Of a stretch of 64,000 nucleotides of DNA, positions 39,580 to 48,145 are shown piece by piece. A program made the position numbers and the translations under genes. The notes beneath the pieces were generated by a model. The model saw only the letters and a program-made list of their open reading frames with translations, had not been told where the DNA came from and made no database searches. Positions within the stretch are counted from its first letter, which is position 1. Every line of letters begins with the position of its first letter. Source of the stretch: Flavobacteriales bacterium (GTDB lineage Bacteria > Bacteroidota > Bacteroidia > UBA10329); contig JAIOYP010000002.1 in the NCBI GenBank assembly GCA_021741155.1, positions 113,557 through 177,556 of the forward strand. Direction: 5' to 3'.

Positions 39580-40182
39580 ATGCAACATAACAGACATCTC
39601 ATCATCTTTATCAAGAACCCCGTATTGGGAAAAGTGAAGACGCGCCTGGCAGCTGGAATTGGCGAAAAGAAGGCGTTGGACGTATATCAACAGTTGCTAG
39701 AAATAACCAGAAACGCTGCTCTAAAATCAGATTGCACTCGGAATGTTTTCTATTCTGATGAGATTGAAAATGATGCATGGGATGAAGACAAATTCAACAA
39801 GTTTGTACAGGAAGGCGATTCTTTGGGTGATAGGATGAAGAACGCCTTTATGCAGGTATTTGCCCTTGGCGCGACTGAAGCAATAATTATCGGGAGCGAT
39901 TGCCCAGAATTAAACGCTGACATCATTCATCAGGCTTTTGAAGTTTTAGACGAAAAAGATGCGGTTATCGGCCCTGCGAAGGATGGCGGATATTATCTTC
40001 TTGGGATGAAAAAACTGCTACCATTTGTTTTCGAAAACAAAGAATGGAGCACCGATTCGGTATTCACTGACACTACCAATAACCTCGAGACAAATAAGTT
40101 GAGTTATGGATTGGTTCGTCAGCTTTCTGACCTTGATAACATTACCGACCTGAGAGATTCTAAACTCAATTTTATGGAATAA
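39580..40182 (+). CDS. DUF2064/TIGR04282-family glycosyltransferase-like protein
   Basis: GKVKTRLA, QEGDSLGDRM, IGSDCP, GPAKDGGYYLLG and DLD motifs. Confidence 0.9.
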   Translation: MQHNRHLIIFIKNPVLGKVKTRLAAGIGEKKALDVYQQLLEITRNAALKSDCTRNVFYSDEIENDAWDEDKFNKFVQEGDSLGDRMKNAFMQVFALGATEAIIIGSDCPELNADIIHQAFEVLDEKDAVIGPAKDGGYYLLGMKKLLPFVFENKEWSTDSVFTDTTNNLETNKLSYGLVRQLSDLDNITDLRDSKLNFME

Positions 40183-40183
40183 G

Positions 40184-40211
40184 AAAGGGCGTTCCAATGG
40201 GACGCCCTTCT
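40184..40211. terminator. Bidirectional terminator
   Basis: aagggcgttcc-aat-gggacgccctt between convergent genes. Confidence 0.75.
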
Positions 40212-40235
40212 TTATTCGATTTAAGCTATAGCGCT

Positions 40236-40952
40236 TTAAAGCACATAAATGGCAAAGAAAACAGCCCCAAGAATGATGGCTAGTACCGCAAGGCCAGCAC
40301 CGATAATTCCAAAGATCATTCCCAATTTCGCCTGTGATCCCGTGCCATTGTTCTTCTTATATAGTATGGCAAACGTGATGGCCGCTGCTCCAAGCAACAG
40401 GGCAAGAACAGCTGCACCCCATACAAAGGAAGAGAAAAACACAACTGTCAGTATCGCAAATATCAGTGCCAATGCACCAAACGCAAGCGAACCTATTCCA
40501 GTTCCAAAAGCAACCCATTTCATCCAATCCATACCTCCAACTGGAGCAGCTTTGGTTGGCTTCAACATTTCTTTGCTAATTGCTCGCATGCGTTGGCTAA
40601 AATCCATGCCTTTGAACTCATTAGAATGAAGCACTTCTTTCATGCTCTCTTTTTTCTCCGCCTGAAATGTCTGTGGTTTAGCATCGGAAGCATCTGCAGT
40701 TAGAACCAACTCTTGGTTAGATTCAATCTCCTTCACTGCAACAGGCTCAACCGTTTTCATTTCCTCGGTTTTACGAGCTTCAGCTACTCCCGACTCTTCA
40801 GCTACTTGTACTTTCTCTCGCTTTTTAGAAATATCAACGTGAAATCCTGGTCGGTATTTTCTCTTGATAATATCGATGTTTCCGCAGGATGAGAACATCA
40901 ATCCAGCGGCAAGAACCGCTATCAACGCTTGTAACTGTACGTTTCTTTTCAT
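40236..40952 (-). CDS. Hypothetical lipoprotein with charged linker and C-terminal TM helices
   Basis: Lipobox FSSC, KRKYRPGFHVD and three hydrophobic C-terminal segments. Confidence 0.7.
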   Translation of the reverse strand: MKRNVQLQALIAVLAAGLMFSSCGNIDIIKRKYRPGFHVDISKKREKVQVAEESGVAEARKTEEMKTVEPVAVKEIESNQELVLTADASDAKPQTFQAEKKESMKEVLHSNEFKGMDFSQRMRAISKEMLKPTKAAPVGGMDWMKWVAFGTGIGSLAFGALALIFAILTVVFFSSFVWGAAVLALLLGAAAITFAILYKKNNGTGSQAKLGMIFGIIGAGLAVLAIILGAVFFAIYVL

Positions 40953-41118
40953 TTCAAATAATGTTAGGTTGAGGGCAAATTTAGGTTTAAGCCTAGGCCA
41001 CCTCTTGACAAAAAGCAGCTATTTATCAACGTCCAATTATTGATTACTCTAGCCTTACGCACTTAAAATGAGATTTTCGGGCCGCATGGTCTGAGACGGA
41101 TCAACAACTTCGTGTTTT

Positions 41119-41250
41119 GGGGCGAGAGACGGGGGACGAGGGGCAAAACGTCCACAACAACTCGCCTCTTATCTCTCTGTCTCTCTGTCTCTTTATCTCT
41201 TGTCTCTTTTCTCTCTCTCGCCTCTCTTGTCCCTTGTCCCTTGCTCCCTA
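41119..41250. repeat. Degenerate ~7-nt tandem array with complementary purine and pyrimidine arms
   Basis: gggcgag agacggg ggacgag gggcaaa...ctcgcct cttatct...cttgtcc cttgtcc cttgctc. Confidence 0.75.
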
Positions 41251-43185
41251 GCTGCTCAGCGTCTCATGTTTGTTAACTGCCTCTTCCCACTCTGCCATTT
41301 TTGCATCCAAGGCTTCTTGCTTTTGCTGATATTCTTTGAATACATCTCGCTCGACCAATGCTTCCTTGTAGCCTTCGGCATCCAGCATCAGTTCGTCCAA
41401 ATCAGCAATTTCCTTTTCAAGCTTGGCAATTTCCTGCTCCAATCGATCAGCACGATTCTTAGCATTTCGCACTTCCTTTTCACGCTCTTTGCGAAGGTGC
41501 TGCTCCTCTTTCGTTTCTCGTTTCGTCTCAACTTTAACCTCCACCACTTTCGGCTTTTCACTAAACTCCTTAATGCTGCCGGCTTTCACCTTATCCAAGA
41601 ATTCGTAGACATCGCCAATGTGTTGTTTCACATTCTTATCCTTGAACTCATATACTTTAGAGGTCAATCCGCTCAGGAAATCCCTGTCGTGAGAAACAAT
41701 AATCATGGCGCCATCATACTTCTGAAGCGCTTGTTTCAGCACATCCTTCGAGTGCATGTCCAAGTGATTGGTCGGCTCATCCAGAACCAACAAATTCACT
41801 GGTTCGAGCAGCAACTTGGCAAGTGCCAAACGACCGCGTTCCCCTCCAGAAAGCACGCTTACTTTCTTATCCACGTCTTCTCCTCCAAAGAGGAATGAGC
41901 CGAGAATATCGCGCAGCTTCGTACGTACATCGCCCCTTGCCACATCATCAAGCGTTTGAAAAACAGTCTTGGAAGAATCGAGCGATTCGGCCTGATCCTG
42001 AGCGTAATAACCCATAGAAACGTTATGGCCCAATTCCAAGTTCCCTGTGCAATCCAATTCACCCACAACAATCTTGGAGAATGTGGTTTTTCCCTCACCA
42101 TTCTTTCCTAAAAGTGCCACTTTCTCGCCTCTATCGAGCATGAGGTCAACGTTTTTCAACACTTCGAGGTCACCGTATTTTTTAGAAACACCTTCTGCCA
42201 AAACCACCACTTTACCAGCACGCGGTGCTGGTGGGAATCGAAGTCGCATCACAGAAGTGTCTTGCTCTTCCACTTGAATGCGTTCAATTTTATCCAACGC
42301 TTTAATCCTACTCTGAACCTGCGTTGCCTTAGAAGCTTTTGATCGGAAACGATCAATGAAACGCTCTGTATCGGCAATAAGCTTCTGCTGATTGTCGTAC
42401 GAAGCCATTTGCAACGCAATTCGTTCCGCGCGTTGCTCAACGTACTTCGAATAAGGCACTTTGTAGTCGTTGATTCGCCCTAAAGTGATGTCAATTGTGC
42501 GATTGGTGATGTTATCCAAGAACGCCCTATCGTGAGAAACAAGTATCACCGTTCCGTTATGATCTTTCAAGAATTCCTCCAACCATTGAATGGAAAGAAT
42601 GTCCAAGTGGTTGGTCGGCTCATCCAGCAGCAACACATCTGGCCGCTGAACAAGAATCTTCGCCAACTCCACGCGCATTTGCCAACCACCGCTAAACTCT
42701 TCCATTTTCCGAGTGAGGTCTTTGCGAAGAAATCCCAATCCCAACAGCACTTTTTCAACCTCAGAATCGGCAGTATCGCCTCCAAGCAAGCTGAAACGGT
42801 CATTCGCAACGGTCATATCTTGAATGAGCTCCATGTAAGAATCCGTCTCATAATCCGTACGCTCTTCCAGCTGCTTGGTGTAGTATTTCACCTTAGCATC
42901 AAGGTCTTTCAACTCTGCAAGTGCGCTGTACGTCTCATCAAAAATGGTCTTTCCGGCCTTTGGCTTAATATCTTGAGAAAGATACCCGATGGTGGCACCA
43001 CTTGGCTTAGAAATAACACCTGATTCGGCCTCCAATTGGCCAGCAATAACCTTGAGCAAGGTCGATTTTCCTGCACCGTTTTTACCTACTAGACCAATCC
43101 TATCCTTCGGATTGGCCAAAAAAGAGATGTTATTGAAAAGGAATTTCCCGTTGAATTGAACGGAAATCTGGTTAAGTGATATCAT
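41248..43185 (-). CDS. ABC-F family ribosome-associated ATPase
   Basis: Two NBDs (GKNGAGKST/FSGGW/LDEPTNHLD and GKNGEGKTT/LSGGE/LDEPTNHLD), no TM segments, C-terminal coiled coil. Confidence 0.95.
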   Translation of the reverse strand: MISLNQISVQFNGKFLFNNISFLANPKDRIGLVGKNGAGKSTLLKVIAGQLEAESGVISKPSGATIGYLSQDIKPKAGKTIFDETYSALAELKDLDAKVKYYTKQLEERTDYETDSYMELIQDMTVANDRFSLLGGDTADSEVEKVLLGLGFLRKDLTRKMEEFSGGWQMRVELAKILVQRPDVLLLDEPTNHLDILSIQWLEEFLKDHNGTVILVSHDRAFLDNITNRTIDITLGRINDYKVPYSKYVEQRAERIALQMASYDNQQKLIADTERFIDRFRSKASKATQVQSRIKALDKIERIQVEEQDTSVMRLRFPPAPRAGKVVVLAEGVSKKYGDLEVLKNVDLMLDRGEKVALLGKNGEGKTTFSKIVVGELDCTGNLELGHNVSMGYYAQDQAESLDSSKTVFQTLDDVARGDVRTKLRDILGSFLFGGEDVDKKVSVLSGGERGRLALAKLLLEPVNLLVLDEPTNHLDMHSKDVLKQALQKYDGAMIIVSHDRDFLSGLTSKVYEFKDKNVKQHIGDVYEFLDKVKAGSIKEFSEKPKVVEVKVETKRETKEEQHLRKEREKEVRNAKNRADRLEQEIAKLEKEIADLDELMLDAEGYKEALVERDVFKEYQQKQEALDAKMAEWEEAVNKHETLSS

Positions 43186-43285
43186 TCCGCAAAAGTGCGG
43201 AATTGTATTCTTAACTCATCTCACCAAAGTGAATTGAGATTTTTCCAAAAAAACAGCTTCATAGACGTTTAATAACGCTGTGTTT

Positions 43286-43347
43286 GAGGGACGAGGGACA
43301 TGTGACGAGGGGCGAAAACGTCCCTTGCCCCTTGACCTTCGCCCCAT
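43286..43347. repeat. 7-nt tandem array hairpin, same family as 41119-41250
   Basis: gagggac gagggac atgtgac gaggggc gaaaac gtccctt gcccctt gaccttc gccccat. Confidence 0.75.
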
Positions 43348-43451
43348 TTATTGCAATCAGTAATATTCTTGCAGCATTAACCCATAAATGTGACCTAAGT
43401 TGCGATGGTTTTCAGCAATGTGTGTTCCTTTGTCGACAAATTGAAAAATCG

Positions 43452-43853
43452 ATGTTGGAAGGTACCAAGATATACAGTATTCTGAAGCTAAAATGCCCTC
43501 GTTGTCACGAAGGAGATCTTTTTATGACCCGAAATCCTTACAATTTTACGAAGCTTGAAACCTTGCATGATGCGTGTCCTGTCTGTAAGCAAAATTATTG
43601 CCCAGAGCCTGGTTTTTTCTACGGAGCAATGTATGTGAGTTATGCGCTAACGATTGCGCTGAGCGTTGCGGTTTTTGTAGCAATGACAGTGTTTTGGCAC
43701 TTTGATGTGTTGTGGTATCTCGGACTGAACGCATTAGCCATCATCCTCCTTTTTCCACCCATTTTTAGGGTTTCGAGAGCGGTCTGGTTCAATTTTTTTG
43801 TTTCCTACAAAACACCAGAAGAGCGAGCCGCTATGGCTCAGGAAAAGGCGTGA
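43452..43853 (+). CDS. DUF983-family protein
   Basis: KCPRCHEGDLF, CPVC and EPGFFYGAMYVSY motifs; two TM helices. Confidence 0.9.
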   Translation: MLEGTKIYSILKLKCPRCHEGDLFMTRNPYNFTKLETLHDACPVCKQNYCPEPGFFYGAMYVSYALTIALSVAVFVAMTVFWHFDVLWYLGLNALAIILLFPPIFRVSRAVWFNFFVSYKTPEERAAMAQEKA

Positions 43854-44473
43854 AGCGCGTTTCCTTCGAGAATGTGAACGCCTGTTAGGCTTTCTTTTCC
43901 AAGTCTGACCATCGCTTTTGCAACGGTAGCGCCTTGAATTCCCTTGTATTTACTCATTGAACCTACCATCAGCGGATTCACTAGGGTCATCACTCCTTTT
44001 CCAATCAACTCACCAAATCGGAATTCCTTGCGTTCGCCCATCAACATAGATGGACGAAGAATGATTAGCGAATCGAATCCAATTGCTTCGAGGTCTTTTT
44101 CGGTTTCGCCCTTGACCTTTAAATAGAAGTTTGAGGTCTTTGGATTTGCTCCAACGGAAGAAATAAACACAAACGTTTTGGCGCCAGCGGCTTTTGCATT
44201 TCTAGCAAAATCCATCACCAAATCGTGATCAACGTGGTAGAACGCGTCCTTACTTCCTGCGGTTGCAATGGTAGTACCAAGCGCACAGAAAGCGACATCG
44301 ACTTCACTTAATTTCTGTTGAGATAAATCGCCAACAAGCACATCGAATTTTCCTGATAGTTGAAGTGGTTTGCGAGAAAGAACGGCTACTTTTTCAAACG
44401 ATTCATCATCCTTCAAAAAGTTGAGGAGAATATTGCCAATAAAACCTGTGGAACCTGCGACTGCTGCTTTCAT
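43838..44473 (-). CDS. TIP30/HTATIP2 (YraR)-like NAD(P)H-binding protein
   Basis: AGSTGFIG, FCALGTT, VDHD, SSVGA, FYLKVKGE and RPSML motifs. Confidence 0.88.
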   Translation of the reverse strand: MKAAVAGSTGFIGNILLNFLKDDESFEKVAVLSRKPLQLSGKFDVLVGDLSQQKLSEVDVAFCALGTTIATAGSKDAFYHVDHDLVMDFARNAKAAGAKTFVFISSVGANPKTSNFYLKVKGETEKDLEAIGFDSLIILRPSMLMGERKEFRFGELIGKGVMTLVNPLMVGSMSKYKGIQGATVAKAMVRLGKESLTGVHILEGNALHAFS

Positions 44474-44485
44474 ACAGCAAAGGAA

Positions 44486-46240
44486 TCAGTTTTTAATCAA
44501 TCGCTGAATGTGAGATTTCGCTTCGTTGCGAACTTCAAGCAGATAAACACCTTTTGACAACTGAGAAGTTGAAATGGTTTGATTATTTGAATTCAAAACA
44601 CCATTCAATACCATTCGACCCGCTGCATCATAGATGTTGAACTGACTTCCTGATTTCCATTCACCTGCAACTGTAATTTGATCTTGGAACGGATTGGGAT
44701 AAACAGAAATCTCATTCTTGGCTTCATCATCAATGCCATTAATCAGGCTAAGATTACACGTTGAAAAATCAAAATACTGGTGCGATTCGTTTCCGCAGGT
44801 AGTTGGAGCCTCAACTGCTTGTGTGCTCACATAATTTCCTCCATCTATAGAAGGTGCGTACAACTCTCTTCTCATGGCCCCTTCAGTCAATTGAAAATAC
44901 ATTGGAGAACTCAAGTTGTTGTTGTGTTGCAGCAAATGTGCATGGCCTATTTCATGCAAAATGGCTGTTTCCAAATCATATAAATTACCCATCGGAGCCA
45001 CATCGCCTATCCACCAATCAATATCTCTATTGAGTAAAATATCAACCTCAATCAAATTCCATTGCAATCCATTTGGAGTGCCGCAACCAGAAAATGTAGT
45101 AACCGTTTTTCCTAATAGATAAGAAGGCAGTTGCCCCGGATTTGAAAGTCCGATGAGATTCGTTCCATCATGCGACCAGTCGGTCAAATTCACAATCTCA
45201 TTGTCCAGCGTAAAATTGACTCCCGTGTTACACGCCCATTTTACGAATGCATCTTCCACCATATCCGAACCGTTGACAAACTGAGCCAATTGTTGGTTGC
45301 TCTTGTAGATATAGCCACCTCCTTGCATGCCAACAAGCATGGTATTGTTGAGTTGGTTTGAATAAATCACCTCACTTTTAGCATACTCAACTGATACCTG
45401 CTGTGCGCTTTCTGCGCTAGCCCCGTTTCCTGAAATAACTCGGATTGAACCTGTACCAGCAACCGTAGTATTGTAAAGTGTGGCTGAAGGAACAAACATC
45501 TCAATCTGAGTATCGGTCCAACTCAAATAATGTGGACCAGTTGGCAGACTTACGAAACTCTGTCCACCATCATCGGCATTGTGAAAAGCCACATAACCAT
45601 CGGCTTGCTCGGTTCCAAAACCTTGACCACTGATAGTCAAAATAGTTTGCGTTCCTGCGGTTACCTCTAGCGGATAAACCGATGAAATTTCTGGAATTGC
45701 TCGGCTTGTCTGAGTAGAGTTTGCTGGAAGAAGGTCAGCTGGAACTCTCCTTAGTTCTATCGTTTGAGTTCCAGTTGAGCGAGCGATGGTTTCATAAAGT
45801 GCTTCGCGATGTGCAACGTTTTTCAACCCGTAAACCATTCCACTTTTTTCATCCACAGGATAAAATGCGGAAGCAATCGATGCCAACGAGCGTTGCGCAT
45901 CATCGGCCAAAACCAAAACCCCGTAATCACCAACTTGCATCTGAGCGCTTGGCGTGACCACTTGCATCAAGTCGCCAATTACCCCTCCTTCGGTTACTAT
46001 ATCTAAATTGAAACCAACTTCGCCCTTAAACACACGGTAAACATCAATACTGTTTGATGTATAGATATTTCCATCTGTTCCAGCAAAAGTCTGCTGGCTC
46101 ACAACCTTTCCTTCGATGATCTTGTTAGAAGAATTGAGTTGCTGTTCGACCGCATTTGGAAGGCTCAGGCACTGCGCCCAGCCTTCCAGCCCAAAAAACA
46201 GGGATAGCAGTAAAACAAACAGATACTTTTGAAACTTCAA
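44486..46240 (-). CDS. T9SS-secreted metzincin (matrixin-like) with IPT/TIG domain
   Basis: Signal peptide, ILTISGQGFG...SWTDTQI, HEIGHAHLLQH with Met-turn SPMY, and type A CTD VYPNP...LSKGVYLL...RLIKN. Confidence 0.85.
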   Translation of the reverse strand: MKFQKYLFVLLLSLFFGLEGWAQCLSLPNAVEQQLNSSNKIIEGKVVSQQTFAGTDGNIYTSNSIDVYRVFKGEVGFNLDIVTEGGVIGDLMQVVTPSAQMQVGDYGVLVLADDAQRSLASIASAFYPVDEKSGMVYGLKNVAHREALYETIARSTGTQTIELRRVPADLLPANSTQTSRAIPEISSVYPLEVTAGTQTILTISGQGFGTEQADGYVAFHNADDGGQSFVSLPTGPHYLSWTDTQIEMFVPSATLYNTTVAGTGSIRVISGNGASAESAQQVSVEYAKSEVIYSNQLNNTMLVGMQGGGYIYKSNQQLAQFVNGSDMVEDAFVKWACNTGVNFTLDNEIVNLTDWSHDGTNLIGLSNPGQLPSYLLGKTVTTFSGCGTPNGLQWNLIEVDILLNRDIDWWIGDVAPMGNLYDLETAILHEIGHAHLLQHNNNLSSPMYFQLTEGAMRRELYAPSIDGGNYVSTQAVEAPTTCGNESHQYFDFSTCNLSLINGIDDEAKNEISVYPNPFQDQITVAGEWKSGSQFNIYDAAGRMVLNGVLNSNNQTISTSQLSKGVYLLEVRNEAKSHIQRLIKN

Positions 46241-46359
46241 CAGAATAGGTTTATTGGTCGGTCAATCGAAGTTCAATCTACCGATTACTCCTTTAGATGT
46301 TACGGGTTTCACGTAGTTTTAGACCAATAGGGATATACACCCGATGAATAGAATTTAAC

Positions 46360-47025
46360 ATGACACAATCAACCAAGTCGTTTGTCGAAGTTCCCAGAAC
46401 TGCCAGATATTACAAGCTGAACACTGTAAGCCAGAAGACGGAAAACATCTGGATTGTCTTTCACGGCTACGGACAGCTGTCGGAATACTTCATAAAACAC
46501 TTTGAAGAATTGGATGCTGAAGAGAATTTTATCATCGCTCCAGAAGGCCTTTCAAGGTTCTATGTTGATGGCTTAACGGGACGGGTTGGCGCAAGCTGGA
46601 TGACCAAAGAAGACCGCGAGGAAGAGATTAAAGACCAATCAAATTATATCAACGCAGTTTTGAATGATGCTGGAGTAGACTTTTCAGATGTTTCCTATCG
46701 ATTCATTGTTCTTGGGTTCTCGCAGGGAACAGCAACGGCAGTTCGTTGGTTTGCGAACAATGGAATTCGTCCATCACAATTAGTACTTTGGGCAGGTTCG
46801 TTTCCGCATGATGTGAACGCGATAGAACAATCAGACATCTTCAAAAATCTTCCCGTTCATTTCGTCTATGGTGATAAAGACCAATTTTTGAAGGATGTGA
46901 ACATTGAAGAGAAAACAGCCGAGTTTGAAAATATGGGAATGAAACTCTCCGTTTGGCCTTTTGAAGGAAAACACGTGATGGACAGACCAACTCTTGCCAA
47001 GATTGTTGGTAGCTTTGACCATTGA
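46360..47025 (+). CDS. Alpha/beta-hydrolase (phospholipase/carboxylesterase)
   Basis: HGYGQ, GFSQG nucleophile, YGDKD and EGKH. Confidence 0.9.
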   Translation: MTQSTKSFVEVPRTARYYKLNTVSQKTENIWIVFHGYGQLSEYFIKHFEELDAEENFIIAPEGLSRFYVDGLTGRVGASWMTKEDREEEIKDQSNYINAVLNDAGVDFSDVSYRFIVLGFSQGTATAVRWFANNGIRPSQLVLWAGSFPHDVNAIEQSDIFKNLPVHFVYGDKDQFLKDVNIEEKTAEFENMGMKLSVWPFEGKHVMDRPTLAKIVGSFDH

Positions 47026-47060
47026 AGTGAATAGCGAAAAGCGACCAGTGAATAGAAAAA
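47026..47060. repeat. Short 7-nt tandem array
   Basis: agtgaat agcgaaa agcgacc agtgaat agaaaaa, directly after the esterase stop. Confidence 0.55.
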
Positions 47061-47096
47061 GAAGACACTTCTACTTTGAACATTAAATAGTAAATC

Positions 47097-47546
47097 ATGA
47101 GCCTAACAGACCAAATAAACAACGACTTGAAAGAGGCCATGAAGGCCAAGGACACCTTAAAACTAACCGCATTGCGTGCTATTAAATCGCAATTGCTTTT
47201 AGCTGCTACCGAGAAAGGTGCTGATGGTCAATCTTCTGATGAAGCAGGAATAAAAATGCTTCAGAAATTGGTAAAGCAGCGGAAGGAAAGTGCCGAACTT
47301 TATCTTGCCCAAGGACGAAATGATCTTGCTGACCCAGAATTGGCTGAAGCTGCGATTATCGAAAAATATCTTCCGCAACAGTTGTCAGAAGCTGAATTGA
47401 AACCAATTCTTCAAGCCATTATTGCTAAGGTTGGAGCTTCTGGTCCGCAGGATATGGGAAAAGTGATGGGTGCTGCTTCTCAAGAATTGGCGGGAAAAGC
47501 GGATGGTAAGACGATTTCTTCTGTGGTTAAATCGCTTCTTTCGTAG
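47097..47546 (+). CDS. GatB/YqeY domain protein
   Basis: LKEAMKAKD, KQRKES, YLPQQLS and DMGKVMG motifs. Confidence 0.95.
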   Translation: MSLTDQINNDLKEAMKAKDTLKLTALRAIKSQLLLAATEKGADGQSSDEAGIKMLQKLVKQRKESAELYLAQGRNDLADPELAEAAIIEKYLPQQLSEAELKPILQAIIAKVGASGPQDMGKVMGAASQELAGKADGKTISSVVKSLLS

Positions 47547-47609
47547 AATACGAGACGCGTTTCTCGCCTCTCAAGATAGCACTCACTTCAAAAAGGTTAA
47601 CTTTGAATT

Positions 47610-47819
47610 ATGAGGATAGAGCAACGAAAAATATCGCTTATAAACTGGATGATGAATCTTGAAGACGAAACGCTGATTGGATACATCGAACGCATACGCA
47701 ATAGTTCATCTAGCGAGATTCCGCAAGAAATTTTTATGATTTTGGAAATGTCGGCTGCGGCAAAAAAGGATGAGTGTATTGAACATACCGATTCCCGAAC
47801 TATTTTGGGTAGGGGATGA
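47610..47819 (+). CDS. Putative antitoxin
   Basis: 69 aa, coupled by ATGA overlap to a RelE/ParE-like gene; has its own TAACTTTG box 4 nt upstream. Confidence 0.65.
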   Translation: MRIEQRKISLINWMMNLEDETLIGYIERIRNSSSSEIPQEIFMILEMSAAAKKDECIEHTDSRTILGRG

Positions 47820-48115
47820 ACCCCATTATTTGGACTCCAGTTGCCAAACGGTCTCTACAACAAACCGTTGATTTTATCTCCGAAGTTTGGAACGAAAAAA
47901 TTGTTGATGTTTTTCTTACCGAACTTGATTCACGAATCGTACAGATTCAAGCAAATCCCGAACTAGCAAAAAGGTTGGAAAATACTGAATTCCGCCAACT
48001 GTCTGTTCACCGCACGGTCTCATTATTTTATCAGAACTATTCCGATCACACGAAAATTCTACTGGTTTGGGATAATAGACAGAATTCATCAAAATTGATT
48101 CAGAATCTAACGTAG
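47816..48115 (+). CDS. RelE/ParE-family type II toxin
   Basis: IIWTPVAKRSL, IQANPE, LFYQ and ILLVWDNRQN motifs. Confidence 0.8.
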   Translation: MNPIIWTPVAKRSLQQTVDFISEVWNEKIVDVFLTELDSRIVQIQANPELAKRLENTEFRQLSVHRTVSLFYQNYSDHTKILLVWDNRQNSSKLIQNLT

Positions 48116-48139
48116 AGACGCGATAAATCGCGTCTCTAC
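48112..48139. repeat. GTAG-family REP palindrome
   Basis: gtagagacgcgat-aa-atcgcgtctctac, a perfect stem. Confidence 0.85.
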
Positions 48140-48145
48140 CGTAGG

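Noticed and set aside
39580-40182. Arsenosugar or selenium biosynthetic cluster
   Set aside because: Only the DUF2064-type gene is present; no partner glycosyltransferase, radical SAM or ArsM-like gene is adjacent.
41119-41250. CRISPR array or assembly artefact
   Set aside because: Units are 7-8 nt and degenerate, with no spacers or cas genes; a related array at 43286 argues it is genuine.
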